Shown here: in pieces, positions 35,627 through 44,300 of the stretch
How the letters are laid out: each line of letters starts with the position of its first letter
Numbering within the stretch: the first letter of the stretch is position 1
DNA from: an uncultured Alphaproteobacteria bacterium
Lineage (GTDB): Bacteria > Pseudomonadota > Alphaproteobacteria > Rhizobiales > Hyphomicrobiaceae
Reading direction: 5' to 3'
Assembly: GCA_963847145.1 (NCBI GenBank)
Contig: CAWJYN010000002.1
Span: 17,810 to 81,809, forward strand
DNA: 64,000 nucleotides
Made by a program: the position numbers and the translations under genes
The notes under the pieces: model-generated
Seen by the model: the letters and a program-made list of their open reading frames with translations, nothing else
Database searches by the model: none
What the model was told of the DNA's origin: nothing

Positions 35627-35912
35627 CCTCGCTTATCGTGGCTGTTGTGCCACGCATGCAGAGCGGAGTGTCGGTCAGCAACCATCGCGGGTTGACGACG
35701 GCGTGCGCACGGCCAAACGTAAAAGGCGGCATTTTCCTTAATCGGGATATCGGGTTGCTGACAGCGATCGCGATACCCTAAGCTTACGGAAGGTGGCCTA
35801 GGCCGGACGCCGGGGGGCGTTAGCGGCTGATTGCCGACGTGGGTCCCGTTCCACGGGAGCAAACCAGCAGTTCCCAATCGCCTCAGCACACGGGTTCCTT
35901 GCGAGGAGTTCG

Positions 35913-38669
35913 TTGCGCGCGCTTAGTGTTGGGTTAGTGTACGAGTACCGCCGCATGACACAGGGGGGGGCACGGTCTTTATTCGCGGGGGTTCTCCGCC
36001 TCGTCCCCTATTCCGGTATTCAATTCTGCGATGTGGCCGTACCGGCGGGCGTTGCAGCGGAGCTGGTGACGGAATTCATCGAAGAAATTTTTGAGTCCGA
36101 CGGCGTTCCCCACCGCATCCTGTTACCGCTGGAAACCCGCCCCGACGCGCCGGTCGCGCCGCAGGCTGACAACGCTCAAGCAACGGCGCCCCAGCGCGTC
36201 GTCCACCCCGTGACCGGCCGGCCGGTCGATCCTGCTCGCATTCTCGAAATGGACGGCGTTGGTGCACTGTCGTACTTCGCGGCACGCTGGGTTCCGCTGC
36301 CGTATTTGCGTTTTATCGGCCGTGATGAACTCCAACGGCCCCGTTACGATAGCGGGCCGACCAATTGGGCCCGGGCCTGGATTGCGCCGGCTGCTGGGAA
36401 TGCCGCAGCACAGTTCACGGTCACCCTCGCCTTCGACACAAATCTGGAGCGCCAGTCCCGCTTCGACGCGGCGGCCTATCTGGCGCCTAACAACGACGAC
36501 GCTGCGTTTGGGTCGACGTTCATCTGCGCTGAGACCGTCGATGATCTGGGGGCGCTGATTGGTGAGCCTTGGCTGCAGGCATGGCTGGCCGATGGAGCGG
36601 CTCCTTCGAGTGAGGCGGGCGAGCCGGCAACGGCAGAGTTCCGCCATCGTCATATCGCGCAGTACCTGACCCTTCTGCGGTTGCTCGCCCGCGCCGGTAT
36701 CATGCCGGAGGCGCGGTTCATCGACACCATCCAACGGCGGTTCCCGATCCGCACCACAGCTGTCGATCTGGTGCTCGACCTTGGGGACACCGAGACCACG
36801 GCCTTGCTTGTCGAAGTGCCGCCTGGTCATGCCGACCGCCCGGCCGGGGGCTTTGCTGAACCGCTGCGGCTGCGCGAACTTTCCTTCCCCAATACCGTGC
36901 ACGAGGGGCCGTTCCCGACCGCTGCCGAGTTCAACGGCCAGCCGTTTGGCGACGCGATGTTGTCACGTGACAGCGGACGCCATGATGCTTTTACATGGCC
37001 AAGCCTTGTCCGCATCGGCCACGAGGCGCGCCGGCTCTCCCTGCGCAACAATGGCACTGAGGGTGTCACCGGGCTGTCCAACCTGCGCTCGTTCCTCCTC
37101 GATGAAACGGTCAATGCTGGGCTTTGGCGCCAGAGTACCGATGACGCCATCGGCGCCGAGCATGGCCCCATGGTCTCGGGGCTGACGCTGGCGCATGTCG
37201 GCGAGAATGGCGCACTGCTTGGTGCTGAGCCTGCTGACGCGACGCTGCCACGTCTTGGCGCGCCGCGGCCAGCGATCCGGCCTCGGTTCTCGCGCGCGTC
37301 GATGATCGGCTTCTTTGCGGCCGAGTTGGTTTTGCATGCGCTGGCGCAGGCCAATGCCGCCAGCCCCCATGGCAACGGCAGTGGCGAAAATGAAATGCGG
37401 GAACTGCGCCAGGTTGTCGTTCTGGCGCCAGCGACCCTGAGTGCGCGCGAGCGGGATGCTTTGCGGTTGCGCGTCGATGCCGGGATCGTACTGGCGTGGC
37501 GCGGCCTCGGCTGGGACCGTGCGGCCGGGGTGCCGCGACGGCCGACGGTCGTGCTTGGCCTTGGTGGTGATGTCGGCAGCCAAGTCGCGTTTCTGCACGA
37601 CGAAGTTAGCAGCAAGTACCAGGGCCGCTTTCTCGACCTGCTGCGCGTGTATCGCGGCGGTGATGGGGATGGCGTGGAAACGCTGCGCGTCGCCTCGGTT
37701 GACTTCGGCGCGCGCACAACCAGCCTGACGATTGTGGACTATACAGCGCTTGACGATCCCTTGGGCGCCAGCGCGTGGGAACCAACGATCAAGGTGGCGG
37801 AGCGGATGCCCGTCGGCACCGATGCGGCGGCGCAGGCTCTCATCTGGTCGATCGTCCTGCCGGCCATCGAGCGGCATTTGGAGGCCTCCGCTCTGAGGCC
37901 GGCGCGGCACTTTTTAGACGAGATCACCGGCCGCTCAACGACCAGCCTGCTGATCGACGATCCATACTTCACGCGCCGGTTCAATCGAAAAGTGCTGTGG
38001 CCTGCCGCGCGCGGCCTTTTTCTACTTGATGAACATGGCGCTCGCAGCACCGCTGATGGCAACCGGTCGGTGCGGCTTTCAACGCTCGTCGCGCTGGGTG
38101 GTGGGCGGCTCGATACGGCGGCGCAGGCGTTCGATGCAGCAGCGTTGCAAGCCGGCGCGCGGGACTTCGCGCTCGCCGATGCCGAGGTCCAACTCCGGCG
38201 CGGTGAGATTGGACGTCTCATCGCCGCCGAGATGCAAGACGCCGTGACCCAGGTCAGCCGCGTTGTGGCTGCGCAGGCCTGCGACCTCTTGTTGCTGGCC
38301 GGCGAAGGGACGCGACTGCCCGCACTGCAAAGCGCCGTACTTGCAGCGCTTCCCGTTCCAGCAAGCCGCATCGTTGATCTCAACACACATGTGAACCGCA
38401 GTGCCTTGGAGGCGCTCGGTCCGGCAGGGCTACTGGCACCAGCGACCATGATGCCGGCCATTGCCGCCGCGCTTGATCGGCGCAATAGTCTCGAGGCCAG
38501 CGGGTTTGGCGCCCGCGCGCTGCGTCTGCTCGGGGCACCGGTGTCACCGGATCGTGAGTTTCCGCGCGTGCGCGCGCCGTCGTTGTCTGAGCCCGTTGCC
38601 GGTATGCTGCGCGTTTCTGCCATCGCCGCGGCACCAGCAGCCGCTCCCGTTCCCGGCAAGGGGGCGTAA
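35913..38669 (+). CDS. large actin/Hsp70-fold ATPase-like protein (SrfB-like)
   Basis: 918 aa; TTG start 5 nt after GAGGAG. Phosphate-1-like LDLGDTETTALLVE (DLGDTETT at 36777-36800). Hsp70-like VVVLAPATLSARERDALRLRVDAG. Phosphate-2-like VDFGARTTSLTIVDY (37701-37721). Adenosine-like LLLLAGEGTRLPALQ (38283-38321). N-terminal SGIQF motif as I recall for SrfB. Confidence 0.65.
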   Translation: MRALSVGLVYEYRRMTQGGARSLFAGVLRLVPYSGIQFCDVAVPAGVAAELVTEFIEEIFESDGVPHRILLPLETRPDAPVAPQADNAQATAPQRVVHPVTGRPVDPARILEMDGVGALSYFAARWVPLPYLRFIGRDELQRPRYDSGPTNWARAWIAPAAGNAAAQFTVTLAFDTNLERQSRFDAAAYLAPNNDDAAFGSTFICAETVDDLGALIGEPWLQAWLADGAAPSSEAGEPATAEFRHRHIAQYLTLLRLLARAGIMPEARFIDTIQRRFPIRTTAVDLVLDLGDTETTALLVEVPPGHADRPAGGFAEPLRLRELSFPNTVHEGPFPTAAEFNGQPFGDAMLSRDSGRHDAFTWPSLVRIGHEARRLSLRNNGTEGVTGLSNLRSFLLDETVNAGLWRQSTDDAIGAEHGPMVSGLTLAHVGENGALLGAEPADATLPRLGAPRPAIRPRFSRASMIGFFAAELVLHALAQANAASPHGNGSGENEMRELRQVVVLAPATLSARERDALRLRVDAGIVLAWRGLGWDRAAGVPRRPTVVLGLGGDVGSQVAFLHDEVSSKYQGRFLDLLRVYRGGDGDGVETLRVASVDFGARTTSLTIVDYTALDDPLGASAWEPTIKVAERMPVGTDAAAQALIWSIVLPAIERHLEASALRPARHFLDEITGRSTTSLLIDDPYFTRRFNRKVLWPAARGLFLLDEHGARSTADGNRSVRLSTLVALGGGRLDTAAQAFDAAALQAGARDFALADAEVQLRRGEIGRLIAAEMQDAVTQVSRVVAAQACDLLLLAGEGTRLPALQSAVLAALPVPASRIVDLNTHVNRSALEALGPAGLLAPATMMPAIAAALDRRNSLEASGFGARALRLLGAPVSPDREFPRVRAPSLSEPVAGMLRVSAIAAAPAAAPVPGKGA

Positions 38670-38672
38670 CGC

Positions 38673-41216
38673 ATGCGTCCTGAGCAGAAAATCATCCTGT
38701 CCTGCCGGCAGACCGGTGAACGCGCCGAACGTCTGCAGGAATGGCTTGACCAGAGCCGGCTCATGCTCAAATCGCAGAGCCGGGCGCTGCGCACCGAAGT
38801 GCAAGTTATTCACAGCGAGTTGTCCGACGTGATGGAAGCGGTCGAGTTGCCGCCGACGGCGGGCGTACTCGGCAGCTGGGGCAGTCATCGGGCCGCGTTG
38901 GTCGGCGCCCTGATGTCTGAAATGCCGAGTAGCGAGGACGACACGCGGACAACCCTTGGCAGGGACCGGCTGCTCACGTTGATGCCGCGGGACTGTGACG
39001 GCGGTCAGGTCGCGAACTTGCGGTTCGTGTCTGCAGCGCGCACCGAGACGCCGTTCCGGTTCCCGATCCAGATCGGACTTCTGAGCCAGCTTGATCTCGT
39101 TAGGATCATCGCGTGCGCTTATGCCGTGCATGTGCCGCGGCGACAGCAATGCATACCCGCCGCGGAGATTGTCGCCGAACGGCTGGCGTCGATGGCCGAG
39201 CAACTGGGAACGCAATCGTTCTCCGGCATGGCGCGCCGCGATATTGATAGCATCCGCGAGGCGCTGCATGCAGCCGTGCCGGACAGCGAGGTTCTGCGCA
39301 GTCTCGAAGCGGCAGGGTATTGGGACACGCTGGGTGGGCTCATTCCGCATTTGCCGGATGCAGCGCGGCGACGGGCGTTTGCGATGCTTTGGGGCGCCGA
39401 TCCCGCATTAACCGAGCTCTTCGATCGCCTTTCCGATGCAATCGAACTGCTGGGGTTCACAGGGGAAGCGTTCGCCGGGGTGGATGCGCTGACGGGCCGC
39501 GATGCGGTGTCCGGATGGATCACCCGGCACGAGGACAGTGTCATTGCAACGTCGACGCTCTTCACGTGTTTCCAAGCGCCAGAGCGGACGGCGCGCATAT
39601 CGAGCCGACACGGGCGGGCGACCGATGTCGAGCGCTTCATCATCGCAGCCCTCGCGCGCGACGTGCGGTTGCCTGTTGATGCGGCGGCACTTCCACTCAT
39701 CGAGACCGCTGATCTGCTCGTGTTACCGGCGCCCGCGCCGGTGATGTTGTGGCCTCCTGTGGAGCGGCTGTCACGGCTCGTGGCGCCGCCGGGTACGCAA
39801 AATCTCACCGCGCTTGAGGCGCTTGAAATTTTCGCGGCGGCGAAGGCTGTGTATCTTGCCGACCAAGCCGTGCGCCGCCACACGCTGACAAGTTTGCTCG
39901 TCGTTGCTGCAAATGCCGAGAGCGCGTCGCGTCCCGAAATCGATGCGTCGGTCAGCTCCTTGGTTGCCAACTGGGTGGAGTTGAACCAAGGCGAAACCGC
40001 TCACGTGCGAGAGCGCCGCCGCACGGGACTCAGTATTCTGGTGGCGGAGGCGGATCGCCACGCGCTGCCCTCGGAGAGCGTGTTTGGAACACACGACAGC
40101 GCCCAGCACCTCACCTCAACGATCGAAGCGGTGTTCGACGGCAACGCCGAATGGGCCGCCGAATGGACTCCCAACCGCGCGTTCCGCAACGTGTTTACGT
40201 GGCAGCCGCCGCAAGGACCCAAACCCAGCACACGCGATGCCGGCATCGGGGACCCCCCCGGGACGGCCGATATTCTGCGGTTTGACCGGCACCGTTCCGG
40301 CGACGCGTATGCAGTCAAATCGGCAGAACTGAGCGCGCCGTCAGATTTGACGGGTCTCGTGCAGGCCGTGACGCAAGCCACCACTGCTGCAATCCATGCA
40401 CAGCATCTTTCGGCACGCCTGGTCGATCTCCGCCGCAATCTGTCCGCCCGGTTTCTGCGATTGCACATTTCGAACGACCCGACCAGCATCGTCGAGTGGC
40501 GGCGCCAAGTATGCCACGTGGCGCGCAACCGGCTGGACCGGGCGTCTAGCTTCGGAACGTTTGGCCGCTTGCAGCGCGCGTTGATGTTTTCTGAAGCCGA
40601 GGCCCTCGCCGTCATTGCGCGCCTGAAGACCGAGGACCCGCGCGCATCGGCTGCCCGCGGTGTGGACCTCCGCACGATCGAGCCGCTGCGGGTCGTCGAA
40701 GCATGCCTGGAGACTTGGATTGTCGCCATGCGCCAGATCACCCGCGCAGCGCCGCTGATGCGAACCCTGCGTGTGCCCGGGACCGTTGTTGCCCATGTGA
40801 TTGACGAACTGGTGCTGGGTGCCGTGCGGATCGGGCTGCAGCAAAAGCTCACCGAAGCGGTCCGCCGGATACAACTCAGCGCGGCCCGCGCGCTCGACTG
40901 CGAGCTGGCGGTGGCGGCGCTGATCGCGCGTGGCGTCAATGCTTACGTCGAGACGCTGGATCCGGGCGCACGCGGCGCACGGCCGTCCGGCACGCGTGAT
41001 ACGCGATTTGGGATGAGCACCGCCAGTGGCGCGGCGCTTGCAACGCCTATCCGGTCGGCCGGTACAGTTGCCGCCGTCTGGGCAGAAAAGTTCAGCGATC
41101 TGGTGGAAGCCAATATTCTCGGGGCCAGCTTGCTGGGCGGCGCCGGTCATCTCAATCGCGAACTCGGCGAAGTTCTCAATGCCATGTCCGCGCAATCCTA
41201 TGAGGGGTCGCTATGA
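38673..41216 (+). CDS. large helical protein, SrfC-like partner, no Walker A
   Basis: 847 aa. ATG lies 3 nt after the upstream stop. No GK[ST] anywhere in the protein. The P-loop-like position reads GVLGSWGSHRAAL (38862-38900). Family call is from memory and synteny only. Confidence 0.5.
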   Translation: MRPEQKIILSCRQTGERAERLQEWLDQSRLMLKSQSRALRTEVQVIHSELSDVMEAVELPPTAGVLGSWGSHRAALVGALMSEMPSSEDDTRTTLGRDRLLTLMPRDCDGGQVANLRFVSAARTETPFRFPIQIGLLSQLDLVRIIACAYAVHVPRRQQCIPAAEIVAERLASMAEQLGTQSFSGMARRDIDSIREALHAAVPDSEVLRSLEAAGYWDTLGGLIPHLPDAARRRAFAMLWGADPALTELFDRLSDAIELLGFTGEAFAGVDALTGRDAVSGWITRHEDSVIATSTLFTCFQAPERTARISSRHGRATDVERFIIAALARDVRLPVDAAALPLIETADLLVLPAPAPVMLWPPVERLSRLVAPPGTQNLTALEALEIFAAAKAVYLADQAVRRHTLTSLLVVAANAESASRPEIDASVSSLVANWVELNQGETAHVRERRRTGLSILVAEADRHALPSESVFGTHDSAQHLTSTIEAVFDGNAEWAAEWTPNRAFRNVFTWQPPQGPKPSTRDAGIGDPPGTADILRFDRHRSGDAYAVKSAELSAPSDLTGLVQAVTQATTAAIHAQHLSARLVDLRRNLSARFLRLHISNDPTSIVEWRRQVCHVARNRLDRASSFGTFGRLQRALMFSEAEALAVIARLKTEDPRASAARGVDLRTIEPLRVVEACLETWIVAMRQITRAAPLMRTLRVPGTVVAHVIDELVLGAVRIGLQQKLTEAVRRIQLSAARALDCELAVAALIARGVNAYVETLDPGARGARPSGTRDTRFGMSTASGAALATPIRSAGTVAAVWAEKFSDLVEANILGASLLGGAGHLNRELGEVLNAMSAQSYEGSL

Positions 41217-42508
41217 GTGCCTATCAAGTCGCTGTGGTGGAAGACGATGCAGCGCCGACGTCCGGCGTCGCGATCATCCGGATTGCCGGGTTGGAGGCTT
41301 GGCCACAGGGCGCAACGGTTCGCTTGCGGCCCATCGACGAGGCGTCGGTGCCGCCGCAAAGTGACGGCTGGCCATGGGGCGAGCTGGTGCCGTCGCGGGT
41401 GATTCCGAAGTCCGGTGGTATCGATGTGATCCTGGGACCGGATGTGGTTTCGAGCCATCGGCTGGTGCCAGGCACGCCCGTGACGATCGAAGTGAGTGCA
41501 GCCAATGTCGAAGCCGATGTGCGTTGGCCGGCCATTACGCCGACAGCGCCGCGGCGGGTGAGCGCTGTGGCGATGAGCGCGACGCAATTGCTGGCCGCCA
41601 AGTCCGAGCGCGAACGCGTGGAAAAGGAAGCGGCGACGCGGCGGCAGCAGATGGCGGAGTCGGCCGCCCTCTCCGTGCGTGAGGCTGCAGCCGAAGCGTC
41701 CTCCGTTCGGGTGGCGTTGGCAGTCGCCGCCCCGGTCGCATCGAAAGAAGCTGGGCAATTGGCGCGGCTATTTCCGGTCCGCAGGGCTAATGCCGTACTG
41801 ACGGCCGAGCAAAAGGTTGATGGGCAGTTGTCGCGTCTGGGTAGTGCCGTCGAGCGCGCTGCGACAAACGCTGAGCCGACGCCGCGTCCGGTGGCACGTG
41901 GGCGGGCATCCGCCGCCATCACGAGTTTCATCGCCGGCGCCGTAACGATGGCAGGCGTTGCAGCCGGTGTCGCACTGTTGGCGCCGCAGTGGCTGCCACG
42001 CGCGCCTGTGGCGCCGGCAGCGGCGCTGGGCGCACAGATGTCGGTTGTGAACCTCGAGAGCGTGTTCAAGGACCTCGGCAGTGCGGGCCCAACATCGCCG
42101 CGGCGCAAGTCAGCAACGAACGTGGATCTGCCGACGGCGTTGTCGCTGGCAGACCACAGTCTGCGCGGTCAGCGAACGTCTGCCGAAACAGAAGAAGCCG
42201 AGTTCTGGCTGAAACGCGCCTTGAACGCGAGCTTCGGTGGCACGGATGTCGGGTGGGCACTGACCCAGCTCGGCACGATCTATGCGCAATCCGACAGTCC
42301 GCGGCACAGCTATGCCAAAGCACATACTGTCTGGCAGCTCGCGGCTGCGCAGGGTGATCCGGTGGCGCATTGCTTCCTGGGAGCCATCTACGAACATGGT
42401 CTTGGCGTTACCGCCAACCGTCAGATTGCGCGCGGGCACTACGTCATCGCCGATACCGCCAATGCTTGCCGCAGTGCCAAAGAGGCCGCTGCTCGTTTGA
42501 AAGACTAA
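41213..42508 (+). CDS. bitopic inner-membrane protein with periplasmic Sel1 repeats
   Basis: ATGA overlap with the upstream stop. No signal peptide. TM helix AAITSFIAGAVTMAGVAAGVALLAP (41909-41986) with Arg-rich N-side. C-terminal Sel1-like repeats (AQGDPVAHCFLGAIYEHGLGVTANRQIARGHY; ~42194-42448). Confidence 0.6.
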   Translation: MSAYQVAVVEDDAAPTSGVAIIRIAGLEAWPQGATVRLRPIDEASVPPQSDGWPWGELVPSRVIPKSGGIDVILGPDVVSSHRLVPGTPVTIEVSAANVEADVRWPAITPTAPRRVSAVAMSATQLLAAKSERERVEKEAATRRQQMAESAALSVREAAAEASSVRVALAVAAPVASKEAGQLARLFPVRRANAVLTAEQKVDGQLSRLGSAVERAATNAEPTPRPVARGRASAAITSFIAGAVTMAGVAAGVALLAPQWLPRAPVAPAAALGAQMSVVNLESVFKDLGSAGPTSPRRKSATNVDLPTALSLADHSLRGQRTSAETEEAEFWLKRALNASFGGTDVGWALTQLGTIYAQSDSPRHSYAKAHTVWQLAAAQGDPVAHCFLGAIYEHGLGVTANRQIARGHYVIADTANACRSAKEAAARLKD

Positions 42509-42513
42509 CCGCT

Positions 42514-44208
42514 ATGTCGAAACAACCACTTCATTTGTTTGCTGCCGGGCTGCTGTCTGGTTCCGCTCTGCTGGCGGCCGTCGGTGCTGCCCAAGCTCAA
42601 ACAGCCGCGCCAGCGCCGGGTCCCACGCTGCCGAATTTCGTCGACACGCGGCCTTTGCCGCAATCTGACCGCGCGCGCGCCGACGAGGCGGAAGCAAAGC
42701 GAAAAGCCGATGAAGAGATCAAGCGCCTCGCCGGCGAAGCCGACGCCAAGCGCCGGTCGGATGAGGAGGCGAAGCGCACCGCTGCCGAAGCGGACGCCAA
42801 ACGCCGGGCCGACGATGAGACACGCCGGCTTGCGGCGGAAGCTGAGACACGCCGCCTTGCGGCGGAGACAGAGGCCAAACGCGTGGCGTCCGAGGCCGAA
42901 GCCAAGCGCAAGACCGAAGACGACGCCAACCGGTTGGCGGCGGCGACGGAAGCGCGGCGCAAGGCTGACGAAGACGCCAAACGTGCCGCCGCCGAGGCCG
43001 ACGCCAAACGCAAGTCTGACGACGAGACTGCTCGTGTTGCGGCTGCGGCGGAGGCCAAGCGCAAGGCGGACGAAGAGACACGGCGCGTGGCGGCGGAAGC
43101 CGAAGCCAAACGCGTGGCTGCCGAAACGCAGGCCAAGCAACGCGCCGATGCTGAGGCAAAGCAAAGAGCTGAATCCGAAGCAAACCGCGTGGCCGCGGAG
43201 GCTGAAGCCAAGCGTGCGGCAGCGGCGGAGGCTGAGGTCAAACGGGCTGCGGCGGAGGCCGAGGCCAAGCGCCGGGCGGATGAAGAAACACGGCGGCTCA
43301 CAGCGGAGGCGGAAGCCAAACGCCGTGCCGACGAGGCCGCACGAGCCGCTGCGGCAGCACGGCCAGCAGCACCCGCCCCGGCAGCGCCGGCCAGCGATAC
43401 TGCGCGCCTTCTGGAGCGCGGCCGGCAGCTGGTCAGCAATGGGGACATTGTCGGTGCGCGTCTGATCTTCGACAGAGCGGCCGGACTTGGCAGCGCCGAC
43501 GCAGCGTTGGCGCTTGCCGATACGTTTGATCCCGAGGTGCTGCGGCGCGGGGGCACCGTCGGCGTTGCTGCGGACCCGGCGCAGGCCGCCTTCTGGCGCA
43601 AACGCGCTGATGAACTCGGTGGCGGAACGGCAGCCGCGCAGCAACGCGCCGCAGTGGCGGCAGCAGCAGCAGCTGCACAGCAACAGCAACAACAGCAACA
43701 ACAGCAGCAACAAGCAGCCGCTCAAGCGGCAGCACAGTCGGCGGCACAAGCCGCTGAGCGTCAACGTGCGGCCCAGCAGGCGGCCCAACAAGCGGCGGCT
43801 GCCGCCACAGAACAACAGCGCAAGGATGCCGCGGCGACCGCCGCCGCCGCCGCTGTGGCCGAGCAGCAGCGGCAAGCCGCCGAACAGCAGCGGCAAACGG
43901 CGGCGGCAGCGGCGGCCGCTGCTCGCCCGGCCTTATCGCCCGACGCAGAACGCTTCCTGGCACGCGGCAAGCAAATGCTTGGCACCGGCGATATCGATGC
44001 GGCGCGGTTGTTCTTCGAGCGCGCTGTCACGGCGGGTGCTGCGGAAGCGGCCTTGGAACTTGGCGGGACGTTCGATCCGGTGGAGTTGCGCGCACTTGGC
44101 GTGGTCGGTCTGCAGGCTGACGCAGCGCGGGCCGCGGCTCACTACCGGCAGGCACAAAAGATGGGTGCACCGGCGGCCGCGGCCCGGTTGCAACGCCTCG
44201 GTCAGTAA
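42514..44208 (+). CDS. Sec-exported protein: TolA-like charged repeat helix, poly-Gln/Ala linker, two Sel1-like modules
   Basis: ATG 42514 lies 5 nt after the upstream stop. Signal peptide MSKQPLHLFAAGLLSGSALLAAVGAAQAQ. Repeat region is aa 52-281. 12 Gln at 43678-43713. Duplicated modules at 43399-43617 and 43936-44166. Confidence 0.65.
   Translation: MSKQPLHLFAAGLLSGSALLAAVGAAQAQTAAPAPGPTLPNFVDTRPLPQSDRARADEAEAKRKADEEIKRLAGEADAKRRSDEEAKRTAAEADAKRRADDETRRLAAEAETRRLAAETEAKRVASEAEAKRKTEDDANRLAAATEARRKADEDAKRAAAEADAKRKSDDETARVAAAAEAKRKADEETRRVAAEAEAKRVAAETQAKQRADAEAKQRAESEANRVAAEAEAKRAAAAEAEVKRAAAEAEAKRRADEETRRLTAEAEAKRRADEAARAAAAARPAAPAPAAPASDTARLLERGRQLVSNGDIVGARLIFDRAAGLGSADAALALADTFDPEVLRRGGTVGVAADPAQAAFWRKRADELGGGTAAAQQRAAVAAAAAAAQQQQQQQQQQQQAAAQAAAQSAAQAAERQRAAQQAAQQAAAAATEQQRKDAAATAAAAAVAEQQRQAAEQQRQTAAAAAAAARPALSPDAERFLARGKQMLGTGDIDAARLFFERAVTAGAAEAALELGGTFDPVELRALGVVGLQADAARAAAHYRQAQKMGAPAAAARLQRLGQ
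42667..43356 (+). repeat. in-frame degenerate tandem repeats (AEAEAKR[RK]ADEE[TA]RR[LV]A units) encoding an Ala/Glu/Lys/Arg helix
   Basis: About 230 aa of iterated EAKR / ADEETRR units are visible in the translation. This also creates long spurious ORFs in other frames and on the opposite strand. Confidence 0.8.
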
Positions 44209-44300
44209 TGGCTCTGCGCAGTAATTCCGGCGTGGACACACATCGCGCCGGCTTGGATTTCATAACACCGGCCTTTCCGGCCCTACTTGGAGACAGTGAC

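Noticed and set aside
36827-38794. Series of 296-351-aa minus-strand ORFs across the SrfB-like gene
   Set aside because: Their translations are Ser/Arg/Ala/Pro-rich and overlap each other in different frames. The plus-strand frame carries ordered ATPase motifs and tight coupling to downstream genes.
42370-42513. N-terminal extension of the fourth operon gene (ORF start 42370)
   Set aside because: It would overlap the Sel1 gene by 139 nt and place 48 junk residues ahead of an obvious signal peptide. ATG 42514, 5 nt after the upstream stop, is preferred.
43678-43713. Gln-codon run as a possible slipped-strand phase-variation tract
   Set aside because: The 12 codons are an irregular mix of CAG and CAA. 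The tract is in-frame triplets, so slippage would change length rather than switch expression.
42505-43896. Long alternative-frame and antisense ORFs (463, 334, 308 and 245 aa) over the EAKR repeat region
   Set aside because: These are artefacts of the GC-rich tandem repeats, which stay open in several frames. Only the frame starting at 42514 has a signal peptide, an SD context and folded C-terminal modules.
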